A stretch of 52,979 nt of DNA. Source: an uncultured Burkholderiales Genera incertae sedis bacterium (lineage in GTDB: Bacteria > Pseudomonadota > Gammaproteobacteria > Burkholderiales > Eutrophovitaceae). The notes under the pieces were generated by a model that saw nothing but the letters and a program-made list of their open reading frames with translations, made no database searches and had not been told where the DNA came from. The translations under genes and the position numbers were made by a program. Positions 33,520 through 43,760 of the stretch are shown piece after piece. Location of the stretch: NCBI GenBank assembly GCA_905478365.1, contig CAJQIK010000091.1:1-52979 (forward strand), read 5' to 3'. How positions within the stretch are numbered: the first letter of the stretch is position 1; each line of letters starts with the position of its first letter.

Positions 33520-36150
33520 TTATGCTGCTGATTTTTTAGCTGCTGGTTTCTTGGCTTTTGGTTTCTTGGCTTTTGGTTTCTTGGCTTTTGGTTTCTTGGC
33601 TTTTGGTTTCTTAGTCGCCGGTTTTTGTGGAGATTTCGCGACTTTTTGATTGATTAATTCGATTGCGTCTTCAAGACTAATGGTTTCTGGATCTAGGTCT
33701 TTTGGAATTGTAGCGTTTGTGGAACCGCATTTTACGTAAGGCCCATAGCGACCGCTTCTTACCGAGATAGGTTTTTTATCCTCAGGGTGTTCTCCTAAAG
33801 CGCGGCCACTAGCAGCATTTTTCTGGGCCAATAATTCTACGGCTCGATCGAGCTCAACATCATAAACGCTGTCAGTTTTCGGTATTGATTTGAATCCGCC
33901 ATCATGTTTTAGGTAAGGCCCAAACCGACCAATGTTGGCTTCTATCGGTTTGTTGGTGTCAGGATGGATGCCGACGCTACGCGGTAGGCTTAAAGCTTTG
34001 AGCGCTGTCGCAAATGCTTCTTCATTGGACTCAAAAGGTAGCGGGGTATCTTTAGGCCAAGCCCCTCTTTTGGGTTTCTTTTCTTTTGATCCTTGAGGCG
34101 GCGTCTCTCCAATCTGAACATATGGCCCATAAGGACCGCTTAAAAGAAAGATTGGTTTTGAAGATTCCGGGTCATTTCCGAGTAGTAAGGGCTCTTTTTG
34201 AACTGGGCCCGAACCAAATGGTTCAGTGAAGTCGCACTTCGGGTAGCTGCTGCACCCAACAAAAAGGCCCCTAGAGCTATTTTGAAGCAGAACAGGACTA
34301 GAGCACTTGGGACAGGCTTCAGGCTTCTCTTTATCTGCCCATTCCGGCGATATAATTTGCCTAGAGAAGTCTTTCCATGTTCGCACAGGCTCAGCTGAGT
34401 CTGGTAGTGGGACGCCTCGGTTGGCGCTTGTCTTGTTCTCAACCTGGCCAGAGAAGGATTGCCAAAACTTACCGATCACTTTGGTCCAATCGAGCGTACC
34501 GTTCGAAATTTCATCTAATTCCGCCTCTAGATCAGCTGTGAAGCTATAGTCGAGGTAGGAATCAAAATGAGTGGTTAAAAAGTTGTTCACAATTCGTCCC
34601 ACATCCGTGGGATTGAATCGTTTTTTATCTAGATTTGCGTATCCGCGCTCAACAAGCGTGGAAATTATGTTTGCATAAGTAGACGGTCGGCCAATACCAT
34701 ATTCCTCTAATGTTTTGACTAAGCTGGCTTCAGAGTAACGAGGCGGTGGCTGAGTGAAGTGTTGTTCGCCAAAAATATCGTCAATCGACAATAAATCATT
34801 TTCTGAAAGGTCTGGGAGTTTTGATTCGTTATCGGAGGTTGAGTCATCAGCCCCCTCAAGGTAAACCGACATAAATCCAGGAAATACTAAGATCTGTCCG
34901 TTTGCTCTGAAAATAGTACCCGCGGGTTTTGTTTCTAGATCAACGCTTGTCGTATCAAATTTGGCTGCAGACATCTGCGAGGCGACAGTTCGTTTCCATA
35001 TCATCTCATAAAGGACGGCTTGGTCTGGTCGAAGAAATGCCTTTAAAGATTCCGGTGTTCGATGGATAGAAGTAGGGCGGATCGCTTCGTGCGCTTCCTG
35101 TGCATTTTTAGACTTTGTCTTATAAACAACCGGTTTGGCCGGCAAATAATCTGCCGAAAAATTTTTAGTTACATATGCCCTTACATCGGCAACTGCATCT
35201 TTAGACAGGGCTACCGAGTCCGTCCTCATGTATGTGATTAACCCTTCAATGGACCCACCAATTTCGATTCCCTCATACAGCTGCTGAGCAGCGCTCATGG
35301 TGGACCGTGCCGTTAATCCTAATTTACGAACCGCTTCCTGTTGCATTGTAGATGTCGTGAAGGGTGCAGCGGGAGATCGAGATCTCGGCTTGCGAGTGAT
35401 TTTTGATACCACCACCTCCCCGTTTGACGCTGCTTTAATCGTGTTAACAGCGTCTATGTGTTCTTTTTCAGATCGAAATGTGAACTGTTCTACTTTTTCT
35501 TTATTGAAACTTGCGAGTTTTGCTTCAAAGGGCTGTTTCCCTTTGGAGGTTTTTAAATGGATTGACCAATATTCCTCATTATCAAACTGTTCTATTGCTT
35601 GTTCTCGCTCAACAATTAGCCTCAACGCAGGGCTTTGTACCCTCCCGGCTGACAGATTCCTCGCAATTTTCCGCCATAATATGGGAGATAAATTGAAACC
35701 CACCAAATGGTCTAGTGCTCTTCTGGCTTGTTGTGCATTAACGAGTGGCATTGAGATATCTCGAGGCTTGTTAATAGCCTCTTGAACTGCCGTCTCGGTT
35801 ATTTCGTAAAAAACTACTCTTTTAAGCGCTTTATTTTTAAGGAGCTTCTTGTCCTCTAAGATTTCAGCTAAATGCCAGGCAATGGCTTCACCCTCTCGAT
35901 CAGGGTCAGTTGCGAGATAAATGGTGTCTGCTTTTTTTACCGCTTTGGTGATCGCGTCAACATGCTTTTTGTTTCTAGCGACTAGTTCATAGTCAAGCGT
36001 AAAACTATTTTCCGTGTCTACCGCCCCTTCTTTTGCGCGCAGATCCCTGATGTGTCCATAAGACGCGAGAATGTCAAAGGTGTCGCCTAAATATTTCTTA
36101 AGCGTACTTGCTTTGGACGGAGATTCGACGATCAGAAGGTTTTGAGCCAT
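33520..36150 (-). CDS. topA: DNA topoisomerase I
   Basis: IVESPSK, ATDPDREGEAI, SAGRVQS, LITYMRTDS (catalytic Tyr), AQEAHEAIRPT, GIGRPSTY. C-terminus has a zinc ribbon, GxYGPY-type repeats and a Lys-rich tail. Confidence 0.97.
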   Translation of the reverse strand: MAQNLLIVESPSKASTLKKYLGDTFDILASYGHIRDLRAKEGAVDTENSFTLDYELVARNKKHVDAITKAVKKADTIYLATDPDREGEAIAWHLAEILEDKKLLKNKALKRVVFYEITETAVQEAINKPRDISMPLVNAQQARRALDHLVGFNLSPILWRKIARNLSAGRVQSPALRLIVEREQAIEQFDNEEYWSIHLKTSKGKQPFEAKLASFNKEKVEQFTFRSEKEHIDAVNTIKAASNGEVVVSKITRKPRSRSPAAPFTTSTMQQEAVRKLGLTARSTMSAAQQLYEGIEIGGSIEGLITYMRTDSVALSKDAVADVRAYVTKNFSADYLPAKPVVYKTKSKNAQEAHEAIRPTSIHRTPESLKAFLRPDQAVLYEMIWKRTVASQMSAAKFDTTSVDLETKPAGTIFRANGQILVFPGFMSVYLEGADDSTSDNESKLPDLSENDLLSIDDIFGEQHFTQPPPRYSEASLVKTLEEYGIGRPSTYANIISTLVERGYANLDKKRFNPTDVGRIVNNFLTTHFDSYLDYSFTADLEAELDEISNGTLDWTKVIGKFWQSFSGQVENKTSANRGVPLPDSAEPVRTWKDFSRQIISPEWADKEKPEACPKCSSPVLLQNSSRGLFVGCSSYPKCDFTEPFGSGPVQKEPLLLGNDPESSKPIFLLSGPYGPYVQIGETPPQGSKEKKPKRGAWPKDTPLPFESNEEAFATALKALSLPRSVGIHPDTNKPIEANIGRFGPYLKHDGGFKSIPKTDSVYDVELDRAVELLAQKNAASGRALGEHPEDKKPISVRSGRYGPYVKCGSTNATIPKDLDPETISLEDAIELINQKVAKSPQKPATKKPKAKKPKAKKPKAKKPKAKKPAAKKSAA
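33544..33612. repeat. Perfect 15-bp tandem repeat (TGGTTTCTTGGCTTT, about 4.6 copies) encoding (KKPKA)n in the TopA tail
   Basis: Identical units start at 33544, 33559, 33574 and 33589, with a partial unit at 33604. Confidence 0.95.
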
Positions 36151-36175
36151 GATTTACCGGAGAGGTTTTGGCAGG

Positions 36176-36204
36176 ATCATACAAGACTTGGACGTTTACG
36201 CCAA
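36176..36204 (-). promoter_or_regulatory. Putative sigma70 promoter of topA
   Basis: Minus strand TTGGCG-N17-TATGAT in the smg-topA spacer. Confidence 0.5.
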
Positions 36205-36214
36205 CTAAAGGTGT

Positions 36215-36673
36215 TTATTGCAAACTAGATTCGTCTCTGGCGGCTAAAAGTTCTAACATCATGCCGTCAATAGACTCTTGCTGATGCCACAAGGCTAACA
36301 GGACAATTAATTTGATTTCATCAACCCCTACTTGAGAGTCAGAAAGAGCGATTACCCGCTCAATTATGACCTCCCTTTGTGTAGAGGAAATTAGTTCCGA
36401 ATCAACTAAAAATGTTAAAAACCCTCGTGCTTTGGTCGAAAGCCCATTGATCTCTTCGGGCGAGAACACTCTAAAACCAGTGCTATTCTCTAAATTGCCT
36501 CTGTAAGCGTTTGGGTCCTCTAACGAGTTAAATCCTCGCAACCACCCAAGAACTTCAGAGATATCTTCCTCTTCGAATCCAGCATCCGAAAGTTTTCGGG
36601 TGATGGTCTCGTTGTCTGGTAACGTGCCATGCGGGAAAAAATTCTCGACTAAATAAAAGAGTATGTCGAACAT
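36215..36673 (-). CDS. smg: Smg protein (DUF494)
   Basis: MFDILFYLVENF, LSDAGFEEEDI, RVFSPEE, QREVIIERV; synteny with topA and def. Confidence 0.93.
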   Translation of the reverse strand: MFDILFYLVENFFPHGTLPDNETITRKLSDAGFEEEDISEVLGWLRGFNSLEDPNAYRGNLENSTGFRVFSPEEINGLSTKARGFLTFLVDSELISSTQREVIIERVIALSDSQVGVDEIKLIVLLALWHQQESIDGMMLELLAARDESSLQ

Positions 36674-36921
36674 ATAAGTCCTTGGTTGTTGGATCGCTTA
36701 ACAAGTTCCCGCTTATCGGATTTAAGCGATTTTTTCAGCTACGTTGAAAGGATGTCTTATCGTAAACATGTAGTCAAGATTTAGAACAAAAAATAAGCAT
36801 AGTTATCATTTTTCAGAAAAAATAGTTTTACAATAAGACATCAAGAACAACTTCTTTCGTTAACAGTTTATCAAATTAAAATGAGTATACCTTTCGAACA
36901 CTCTAATACCGAAAAGAAGAT

Positions 36922-37440
36922 ATGAGCATTTTGAATATATTGCAGCACCCAGACGACAGGTTACATATTTCTGCAAAACCCATTAAAGAGCTGGATGCCG
37001 TTACTCACCAACTGGTTAAAGACATGGCGGAAACAATGTATTCGGCCTCTGGTATCGGCCTCGCCGCAACACAGGTGAATGTTCCGAAGCGCGTCATTGT
37101 AATTGACATTTCCGAAGCACGAGATGATTTATTGGTTCTAATTAACCCTGAAATTCAATCGAGGGAGGGGACTGTAGTTTTTGAAGAAGGCTGCTTGAGC
37201 GTCCCAGGCGTTTATGATCGAGTCGAACGATCGGAGCAAATTATGGTTCAGGCGTTAAGTGCCGAGGGTGATGAGTTCAAATTAGAAGCCACTGGGTTGC
37301 TTTCTGTTTGTATACAACATGAAATTGATCATCTGGACGGGAAGGTTTTTGTCGAATACTTGTCGCGCCTAAAACAAGATCGCATTATTAAAAAATTAAA
37401 GAAAAATCAAAAAGGCCTCGATCAACGAGGGTCTTCATGA
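36922..37440 (+). CDS. def: Peptide deformylase
   Basis: [22 protein letters not shown]. Confidence 0.98.
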   Translation: MSILNILQHPDDRLHISAKPIKELDAVTHQLVKDMAETMYSASGIGLAATQVNVPKRVIVIDISEARDDLLVLINPEIQSREGTVVFEEGCLSVPGVYDRVERSEQIMVQALSAEGDEFKLEATGLLSVCIQHEIDHLDGKVFVEYLSRLKQDRIIKKLKKNQKGLDQRGSS

Positions 37441-38366
37441 ACATTATTTTCGCCGGCACACCAGAGTTTTCTGCAGTTAGTTTGCAATCGCTTGTAGATG
37501 CCGGCTACCGCGTACCATTGGTAATAACACAACCAGACCGACGAGCGGGCCGGGGTATGTCAGTATCAAAGAGTGAGGTAAAAGAAATGGCAACCGATCT
37601 GGGCATCGAAACTTACCAGCCGCCCAGTTTAAAGTCGCCTGAAGTGCTTGAAAAGCTGAAGAGTGTGAATGCTGATTTAATGATAGTGGTGGCATTTGGA
37701 CAAATCGTACCAAAATCAATTCTGGATGCTTTTCGTTTTGGATGTATTAATGTCCATGCTTCTCTACTACCCCGATGGCGAGGCGCCGCGCCAATTCAGC
37801 GCGCAATCATGGCGGGCGATACAGAGACGGGTGTCTGCATCATGCGGATGGCGGAAGGGCTTGACACCGGGCCGGTTTTCCTAGAACGACGACTACCGAT
37901 CGATAACGTAGATACGTCAGGTACGCTACATAACAAGCTGGCTCACCTTGGTGCCGAGGCGTTGATTCAGTCGTTAACTATTTTGAGTGATGAGAACCTG
38001 CCGATCGCACAAGAAGACGTTCATGCAACGTATGCTCATAAAATAAGTACCAATGATGCGCGAATTGACTGGTCGGCGAACGCATCCGACATCAACCGTT
38101 TGGTACGTGCAATGAATCCTGTTCCTGGCGCGTATACTTTTTTTGGAGATACTCGCATCAAAATATGGGAAACCAGGGTCGTAAATTTTGATAATCAACA
38201 AGATTCACCCGGCACAGTGATTGAGCTGACCCAAGAAGGGTTTTTGGTTAGTTGTGGCAGCGGGACTTTAAAGATTATGTTTATTCAGAAGGCTGGAGGG
38301 CGGAAGGTCTCGGCATCAGAGTATGTACGCGCGTCTAATTTGGAATTAGGTTATGAATTTAAATAG
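37437..38366 (+). CDS. fmt: Methionyl-tRNA formyltransferase
   Basis: [34 protein letters not shown]. Confidence 0.98.
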   Translation: MNIIFAGTPEFSAVSLQSLVDAGYRVPLVITQPDRRAGRGMSVSKSEVKEMATDLGIETYQPPSLKSPEVLEKLKSVNADLMIVVAFGQIVPKSILDAFRFGCINVHASLLPRWRGAAPIQRAIMAGDTETGVCIMRMAEGLDTGPVFLERRLPIDNVDTSGTLHNKLAHLGAEALIQSLTILSDENLPIAQEDVHATYAHKISTNDARIDWSANASDINRLVRAMNPVPGAYTFFGDTRIKIWETRVVNFDNQQDSPGTVIELTQEGFLVSCGSGTLKIMFIQKAGGRKVSASEYVRASNLELGYEFK

Positions 38367-38375
38367 CGTCAAACG

Positions 38376-39644
38376 ATGATAGATATACAGCTTGTGTCTC
38401 AGGCATGCTTATCTAAGGTTAAATTGGGCCAAAGCCTTAAGACAGTTTTTCCTCAAGAATTAGAAAGATTAGCCTCTAGTGGTGATCAAGCGGTAGTCAA
38501 GAACACGGTTTATGGTGCCTTGCGTTATTTAGGGTACCTCGAGTTTTCCTTAGATAGCCTGGTCTCTAAGCGACCAAATGGGCTAGTAAATTTGTTGCTA
38601 GTTGGTATTTATCTAATCGAATATAGTCGTTCCGCTAATCATGCTGTAGTTGATGCGGCAGTATCCTCAGCTAAACAAATGGGATTTAGTAAATTGGCGG
38701 GTCTAGTAAATGCAGTGCTCCGTAATTATTTAAGAAACCGATCGGAAATTAAAAAAAGTGCGTGTGCACATGATGTGGCAACCCTGCAGCATCAGTCTTG
38801 GTGGATAAAAAAGTTGCGTCAAGATTACCCTAGCCAAGTAGATGAAATTTTTTCGGCTAGCCTGAAACATCCGAATTTGGCATTACGCGTTAACACGCGA
38901 GCGACATCGTTGGATCAGTATCTGAAGTTACTAACGAATCAACAAGTGTCCTGGAAAAGATTTGAGAATATTGAAGCTGATGCTTCAGTAATATTGACCC
39001 AACCAGTTTCTGTGTACCAAATTCCTGGTTTTTTTGATGGGCTAGTTTCTATTCAGGATGTTGGCGCCCAAACGACCGCAACGCGCTTGGATTTGCGACC
39101 AGGACAACGCGTCCTTGATGCTTGCGCTGCGCCAGGTGGGAAAACGTGTCACATACTTGAATTAGAGGATGTGTGCGTAACGGCAGCTGATAAAGACCCT
39201 GTAAGGCTTGCAAGGGTAGAAGAGAATCTAACTCGCCTAGGGTTGTCGGCTAGAACGCTTATGGCAGATATAAACAAGATAGAAAATTGGTGGGATGGAG
39301 CGTATTACGATCGCATTTTGCTCGATGTACCGTGTAGCGCATCTGGCGTTGTTCGACGACATCCGGACGTTAAATGGATAAGACGGGAAAAAGATATAGA
39401 TAGTTTTGTGAAGCAACAGCGTTCTTTATTGAACGCGGCCTGGAAGGTTCTTGTGAAGGGTGGTAAATTGTTATACACAACATGCTCTATATTTCCTGAG
39501 GAAAACGAAAAACAAGTGAGATGGTTTTTAAAAGAGCAGGCAGACGCAAAAGTTGATTCTAGATACGCGATACATAATGGTCACTTGATCTTACCTAACG
39601 ATAGTCACGATGGATTTTTTCACGCGCTTCTTGAAAAAAAATAA
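38376..39644 (+). CDS. rsmB: 16S rRNA m5C967 methyltransferase RsmB
   Basis: NusB-like N-terminus (VNAVLR), DACAAPGGKT, DVPCSASG, YTTCS, HDGFF. Confidence 0.96.
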   Translation: MIDIQLVSQACLSKVKLGQSLKTVFPQELERLASSGDQAVVKNTVYGALRYLGYLEFSLDSLVSKRPNGLVNLLLVGIYLIEYSRSANHAVVDAAVSSAKQMGFSKLAGLVNAVLRNYLRNRSEIKKSACAHDVATLQHQSWWIKKLRQDYPSQVDEIFSASLKHPNLALRVNTRATSLDQYLKLLTNQQVSWKRFENIEADASVILTQPVSVYQIPGFFDGLVSIQDVGAQTTATRLDLRPGQRVLDACAAPGGKTCHILELEDVCVTAADKDPVRLARVEENLTRLGLSARTLMADINKIENWWDGAYYDRILLDVPCSASGVVRRHPDVKWIRREKDIDSFVKQQRSLLNAAWKVLVKGGKLLYTTCSIFPEENEKQVRWFLKEQADAKVDSRYAIHNGHLILPNDSHDGFFHALLEKK

Positions 39645-40194
39645 ATTAATTGCCATTTCGCTGCAATTAATACTCCTATGCTCTCTTGTGAAATATGCAA
39701 ATGCTGACGGAATCATCGTTCAGTCTGTAAAGTTAGAGCAAAATGAGGCGACTTTTTCGCTTAACGCAACATTTCATATTGACCTAAGCCCGATAATCCA
39801 AGAGGCGCTTCACAAAGGGGTGTCACTACCATTTGTCCTTGATTTCAATGTTATTCAACAAAGATGGAATATTTGGGATCAAACTGTAGTTGAAACATCT
39901 TTGCCCTACAGATTGTCTTTTAGTGCGTTAACTCGGCAGTATCAAATAAAAGATAAACTCAGGGGGCGTGATGCCAGCTTTGACACTCTTGAACAGGCAT
40001 TAATTGCCGCAGGAGTTATAACCGACTTAGTCGTATTCAATGCTGAGCAGCTTAAACCAGAGGTGGAGTACGAGGCTCAAGTACGTCTGAGATTAGAGGC
40101 TGGAGGATTGCCTAGCGCGCTTCAGTTAGAGGCCCTAGAGTCGGATAAGTGGGAGGTGTCGTCTCCATGGTACCGCTGGGTTATGGAGCGATGA
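39610..40194 (+). CDS. DUF4390 family exported protein
   Basis: Signal-like segment, EALHKGVSLPF, LSFSALTRQY, LPSALQ. Conserved position between rsmB and an NtrY-like kinase. Confidence 0.8.
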   Translation: MDFFTRFLKKNKLIAISLQLILLCSLVKYANADGIIVQSVKLEQNEATFSLNATFHIDLSPIIQEALHKGVSLPFVLDFNVIQQRWNIWDQTVVETSLPYRLSFSALTRQYQIKDKLRGRDASFDTLEQALIAAGVITDLVVFNAEQLKPEVEYEAQVRLRLEAGGLPSALQLEALESDKWEVSSPWYRWVMER

Positions 40195-42362
40195 AGCTGA
40201 ATCTAAATCAGAACATTAAAAAAACCATTCTTACCGCTATTGTTACGGTGTCGTTGAGTTTTGGTATTTACCTACTTTATTTATTGTCGACGCAGATTAC
40301 AACAACTAGCGACGTGTTTAATGAGCTTCCGGTATTGTTGGGCGTCGGCGTTGCGTTAATTGTTGTGCTTATGATTTTGGTGGGCGCACAACTTTTGGTG
40401 ACGGTCAGGCGCTATAGGGCTGGGGTTTTCGGTTCTAAACTGACCGTCCGTTTAATACTTGTTTTTGTCCTGGTTTCGCTCGTGCCTGGTGTTGTCATGT
40501 ACGGAATATCAGTCCAGTTTTTGGCTGGGTCCATTGAGTCTTGGTTTGACATTCGTGTCGATAGCGCACTTGAAGGGGGATTAAATCTGGGTCGCGCAAA
40601 CCTTGAAAACGGTTTAGGAGAACTTCAGAGTAAAGCGGACTCTATGGCGGTGAGTCTTTCTTACCAAAGTACGGCCACTCAAGTTGCCTCAATCGATAGT
40701 CTAAGAGATCAGGCTGCAATAAGCGAAGCCACTTTATTTACGACAAAAGGGGAGGTTGTGGCATCTTCCAATTCAGGGACTGATTCTTTTATACCGCTTG
40801 CCCCAACTCAAAGCATGTTACGTCAGGCGCAACTTCAAGAAAGTTACGCGGGAATAGAAGAGGATGAGGATTTTGGACTACTTTTGAGGGTAATTGTCCC
40901 GATCAATCACCTCGAAACAGAAATGCAAATTCTGCAAGTAACACAGTTAGTACCGCAAAGGTTGGCGCGTGACGCAGCGATGGTTCAGGAGGCATATCGA
41001 GATTATCAAGAGCTTTCACTTTCGAGATATGGGCTTCAACGACTCTACACATTAGCGCTCACCTTATCTTTGGGGTTGGCTTTGTTTTCGGTGGTGCTCT
41101 TGGCAGTTATGTTCAGTAATCGACTTTCTGCGCCTTTGGGGTTTTTGGCTGCTGGTACTCGAGCGGTGGCAAAAGGAGATTTTAGTCAGAGAGCTCCGAT
41201 TAACAGGGGTGATGAGCTGGGCTTTTTAACCGAGTCTTTCAGCGTAATGACTGGTCAGCTTTCGGAGGCAAAAGATGCCGCTGAGAAGCACGAAAAAGCA
41301 CTCACGCAGGCGAATGCGTATTTGTCGAGTATCCTTGAAACGCTATCCGCGGGCGTATTAACGTTCGATGAGCGGCTCAATTTGCGAGCTTATAATCCAA
41401 GTGCAGAGGAAATACTCGGTCAAACATTAGAGAACGCATTGCCTTCAGGCGACTCCAGTACTACGGGGTTAGATTCAATGAGACGTCTTATTAAGGATGG
41501 ATTATCGGAATCACAGGAAATACAATCGGAGCGTCAGGTAGAAATAGTTGTAAACGACTCTAAAAAGGTACTTTTGGTTCGTATATCGACTCTTGGTGGT
41601 GGTGAGCTGCCTGGGTTTATCGTGGTCTTTGATGACGTTACCAATTTGCTTCAAGCTCAAAGATCTGCCCTTTGGGGGGAGGTTGCTCAGCGTCTCGCCC
41701 ACGAAATAAAAAATCCATTAACGCCGATACAGTTGTCGGCCGAGCGATTAACGCATCGATTAGGGCCTAAATTGGATCATGATGATGCCGCGATGTTGAG
41801 CCGCTCTATAAAAACAATAGTCGACCAGGTCGCTGCCCTGAAAGGGATGGTTAATGCTTTCAATGAATATTCTAGGAATCCAGACCGTAAATCTGAATTG
41901 GTCGATGTTAACGAATTAGTCTTGGACGTGATCGAGTTATATAGAGCAACCTCTGTAGCAATTGAAACAAAACTGGAGAATAAAAATATTTTTCTTTGGG
42001 GCGATACAGGCAAGCTTCGTCAGGTACTGCACAATTTGATTCAGAATTCTGAGCAAGCATTGATGGGACATACTAATCCGGAAATTTTGATTGAAACCGT
42101 CGCGACACCAGATGCCACGCAGATTAGGATCCAGGACAATGGCCCAGGACTTTCCGATGAGGTAATGAGTCGAGCTTTTGACCCTTATTACACGACAAAA
42201 GCTAAAGGAACAGGTCTGGGTTTGGCGATAGTCAGAAAAATTGTTGAAGAGCATGATGGAGCCGTTTCGATACGGAATGGCGAAGTTGGGGCTGTTATTG
42301 AAATTACCTTGCCTTTGTCGCATACAATTGACAACGCTAAAATTTTGAACGAAACGGTTTAA
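40191..42362 (+). CDS. NtrY-like sensor histidine kinase (HAMP-PAS-HisKA-HATPase)
   Basis: SIESWFD, HAMP (GDFSQR...DELG), WGEVAQRLAHEIKNPLTPIQLSAERL H-box, DNGPG, TTKAKGTGLGL. Start set at ATG 40191. Confidence 0.92.
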   Translation: MKLNLNQNIKKTILTAIVTVSLSFGIYLLYLLSTQITTTSDVFNELPVLLGVGVALIVVLMILVGAQLLVTVRRYRAGVFGSKLTVRLILVFVLVSLVPGVVMYGISVQFLAGSIESWFDIRVDSALEGGLNLGRANLENGLGELQSKADSMAVSLSYQSTATQVASIDSLRDQAAISEATLFTTKGEVVASSNSGTDSFIPLAPTQSMLRQAQLQESYAGIEEDEDFGLLLRVIVPINHLETEMQILQVTQLVPQRLARDAAMVQEAYRDYQELSLSRYGLQRLYTLALTLSLGLALFSVVLLAVMFSNRLSAPLGFLAAGTRAVAKGDFSQRAPINRGDELGFLTESFSVMTGQLSEAKDAAEKHEKALTQANAYLSSILETLSAGVLTFDERLNLRAYNPSAEEILGQTLENALPSGDSSTTGLDSMRRLIKDGLSESQEIQSERQVEIVVNDSKKVLLVRISTLGGGELPGFIVVFDDVTNLLQAQRSALWGEVAQRLAHEIKNPLTPIQLSAERLTHRLGPKLDHDDAAMLSRSIKTIVDQVAALKGMVNAFNEYSRNPDRKSELVDVNELVLDVIELYRATSVAIETKLENKNIFLWGDTGKLRQVLHNLIQNSEQALMGHTNPEILIETVATPDATQIRIQDNGPGLSDEVMSRAFDPYYTTKAKGTGLGLAIVRKIVEEHDGAVSIRNGEVGAVIEITLPLSHTIDNAKILNETV

Positions 42363-43609
42363 TGATGAGCAAAATTCTGGTAGTAGATGATGAAATAGGT
42401 ATACGTGAATTACTTTCTGAGATTCTTAGAGAAGAGGGTCACCAGGTGGCTGTTTCGGAAGACGCAGCACAGGCTAGAGAGATGTTCATGAAAGACAGAC
42501 CAGAGCTTGTCTTATTAGATATTTGGATGCCTGACATTGACGGCGTTAGTTTATTGAAAGAGTGGGCATCTTCTGGTCTCATGACAATGCCGGTGGTTAT
42601 GATGTCGGGACACGGAACAATTGATACAGCCGTGGAAGCGACACGCATAGGGGCCTATTCATTCTTAGAAAAGCCAGTTGCGCTGCAGAAGCTTCTATCG
42701 ACAGTATCTGCAGCTCTTAGGGACCAATCGAGAGATAGCACTCGTGAGCCTGTTTACGTTACTTTGGGAAAAACTGAAGCAGCTCTTAATTTGAAACGAA
42801 AATGTGAGGCTCTTACAAAAACCTCCGCACCAGTGCTTTTTTTGGAGGCACCTGGTTCTGGGGCAGATCAGTGCGCCAGTTTACTCAAAAAAGTAAATAA
42901 GCCGTGGGTTGTCATTTCCGGACCGCAGGAGTACGAAACCAAGGGCGAACAGTTGGTTGAGATGAGCAGAGACGGCGTAATATTTTTTCGCGACATCGGG
43001 ACCCTCGAAAAACCGCAGCAATTAAATCTACTTGCAAGATGGGAAAATCTTAAAGAGGCCGGTGTCCGCGTAGTAGCGTCTTCAACGACTCGTCTAGGCG
43101 GATTAGTTTCGAAGGATCAATTCGAGATTAGGCTTTATGAATTAATGTCTGAAACAATCGTAAATGTACCACCATTGAAGGACAGGATAGATGATGTTAT
43201 CGAAATTTCTAAATCCGTTCTTTTTGAAAAATATCCAGCGAAATCTTTTTCCGTGGCGGCGCTCAATACGCTGCGATCCTACGATTGGCCGGCCAACTTA
43301 AGCCAACTGAGCGCCGCCGTTCTATCAAGCGCCCAGTTTTCGGTGGGGGAGGAGATAGGCGTTAGTGATTTAACGCCAGTCCTAGAAAACGCTGCTCGGG
43401 AGATAAATCTTGAGGCTTCGTCTTGGGATTTCGATAAAGATTATCGGTCTGCTCGCGAAATGTTTGATAAACAATATTTGGAATACCACCTAGCCAAAGA
43501 GGGGGGGAATATGTCTCGGGTTGCCAACCAGGCTGGCATAGAACGAACTCATCTTTACCGAAAGCTGAAGCAGTTAGGCATTAAAACTTCTCGCAAAAAT
43601 GAAGATTAA
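42362..43609 (+). CDS. NtrX-like response regulator (REC, degenerate AAA+, Fis-type HTH)
   Basis: ILVVDDE, LLDIWMPD, MSGHG, FLEKP; YDWPAN; GIERTHLYRKLK. Confidence 0.9.
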   Translation: MMSKILVVDDEIGIRELLSEILREEGHQVAVSEDAAQAREMFMKDRPELVLLDIWMPDIDGVSLLKEWASSGLMTMPVVMMSGHGTIDTAVEATRIGAYSFLEKPVALQKLLSTVSAALRDQSRDSTREPVYVTLGKTEAALNLKRKCEALTKTSAPVLFLEAPGSGADQCASLLKKVNKPWVVISGPQEYETKGEQLVEMSRDGVIFFRDIGTLEKPQQLNLLARWENLKEAGVRVVASSTTRLGGLVSKDQFEIRLYELMSETIVNVPPLKDRIDDVIEISKSVLFEKYPAKSFSVAALNTLRSYDWPANLSQLSAAVLSSAQFSVGEEIGVSDLTPVLENAAREINLEASSWDFDKDYRSAREMFDKQYLEYHLAKEGGNMSRVANQAGIERTHLYRKLKQLGIKTSRKNED

Positions 43610-43760
43610 AATTAAGCCTGATTTTAATCGTATTTGCTATTCCACAAGACGCTATGCGGCCGTTACGATAAAATAACGCCCTCGTTAGATAGCAACCAAG
43701 AACCGCGGCTAAGTGCTGGTCGGATCTCCTTTAATCGATGCTCATAAAGTAATTAAAACG

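Noticed and set aside
33544-33612. Tandem repeat as a CRISPR array or iteron set
   Set aside because: Contiguous 15-bp units without spacers, in frame within topA, and no cas genes.
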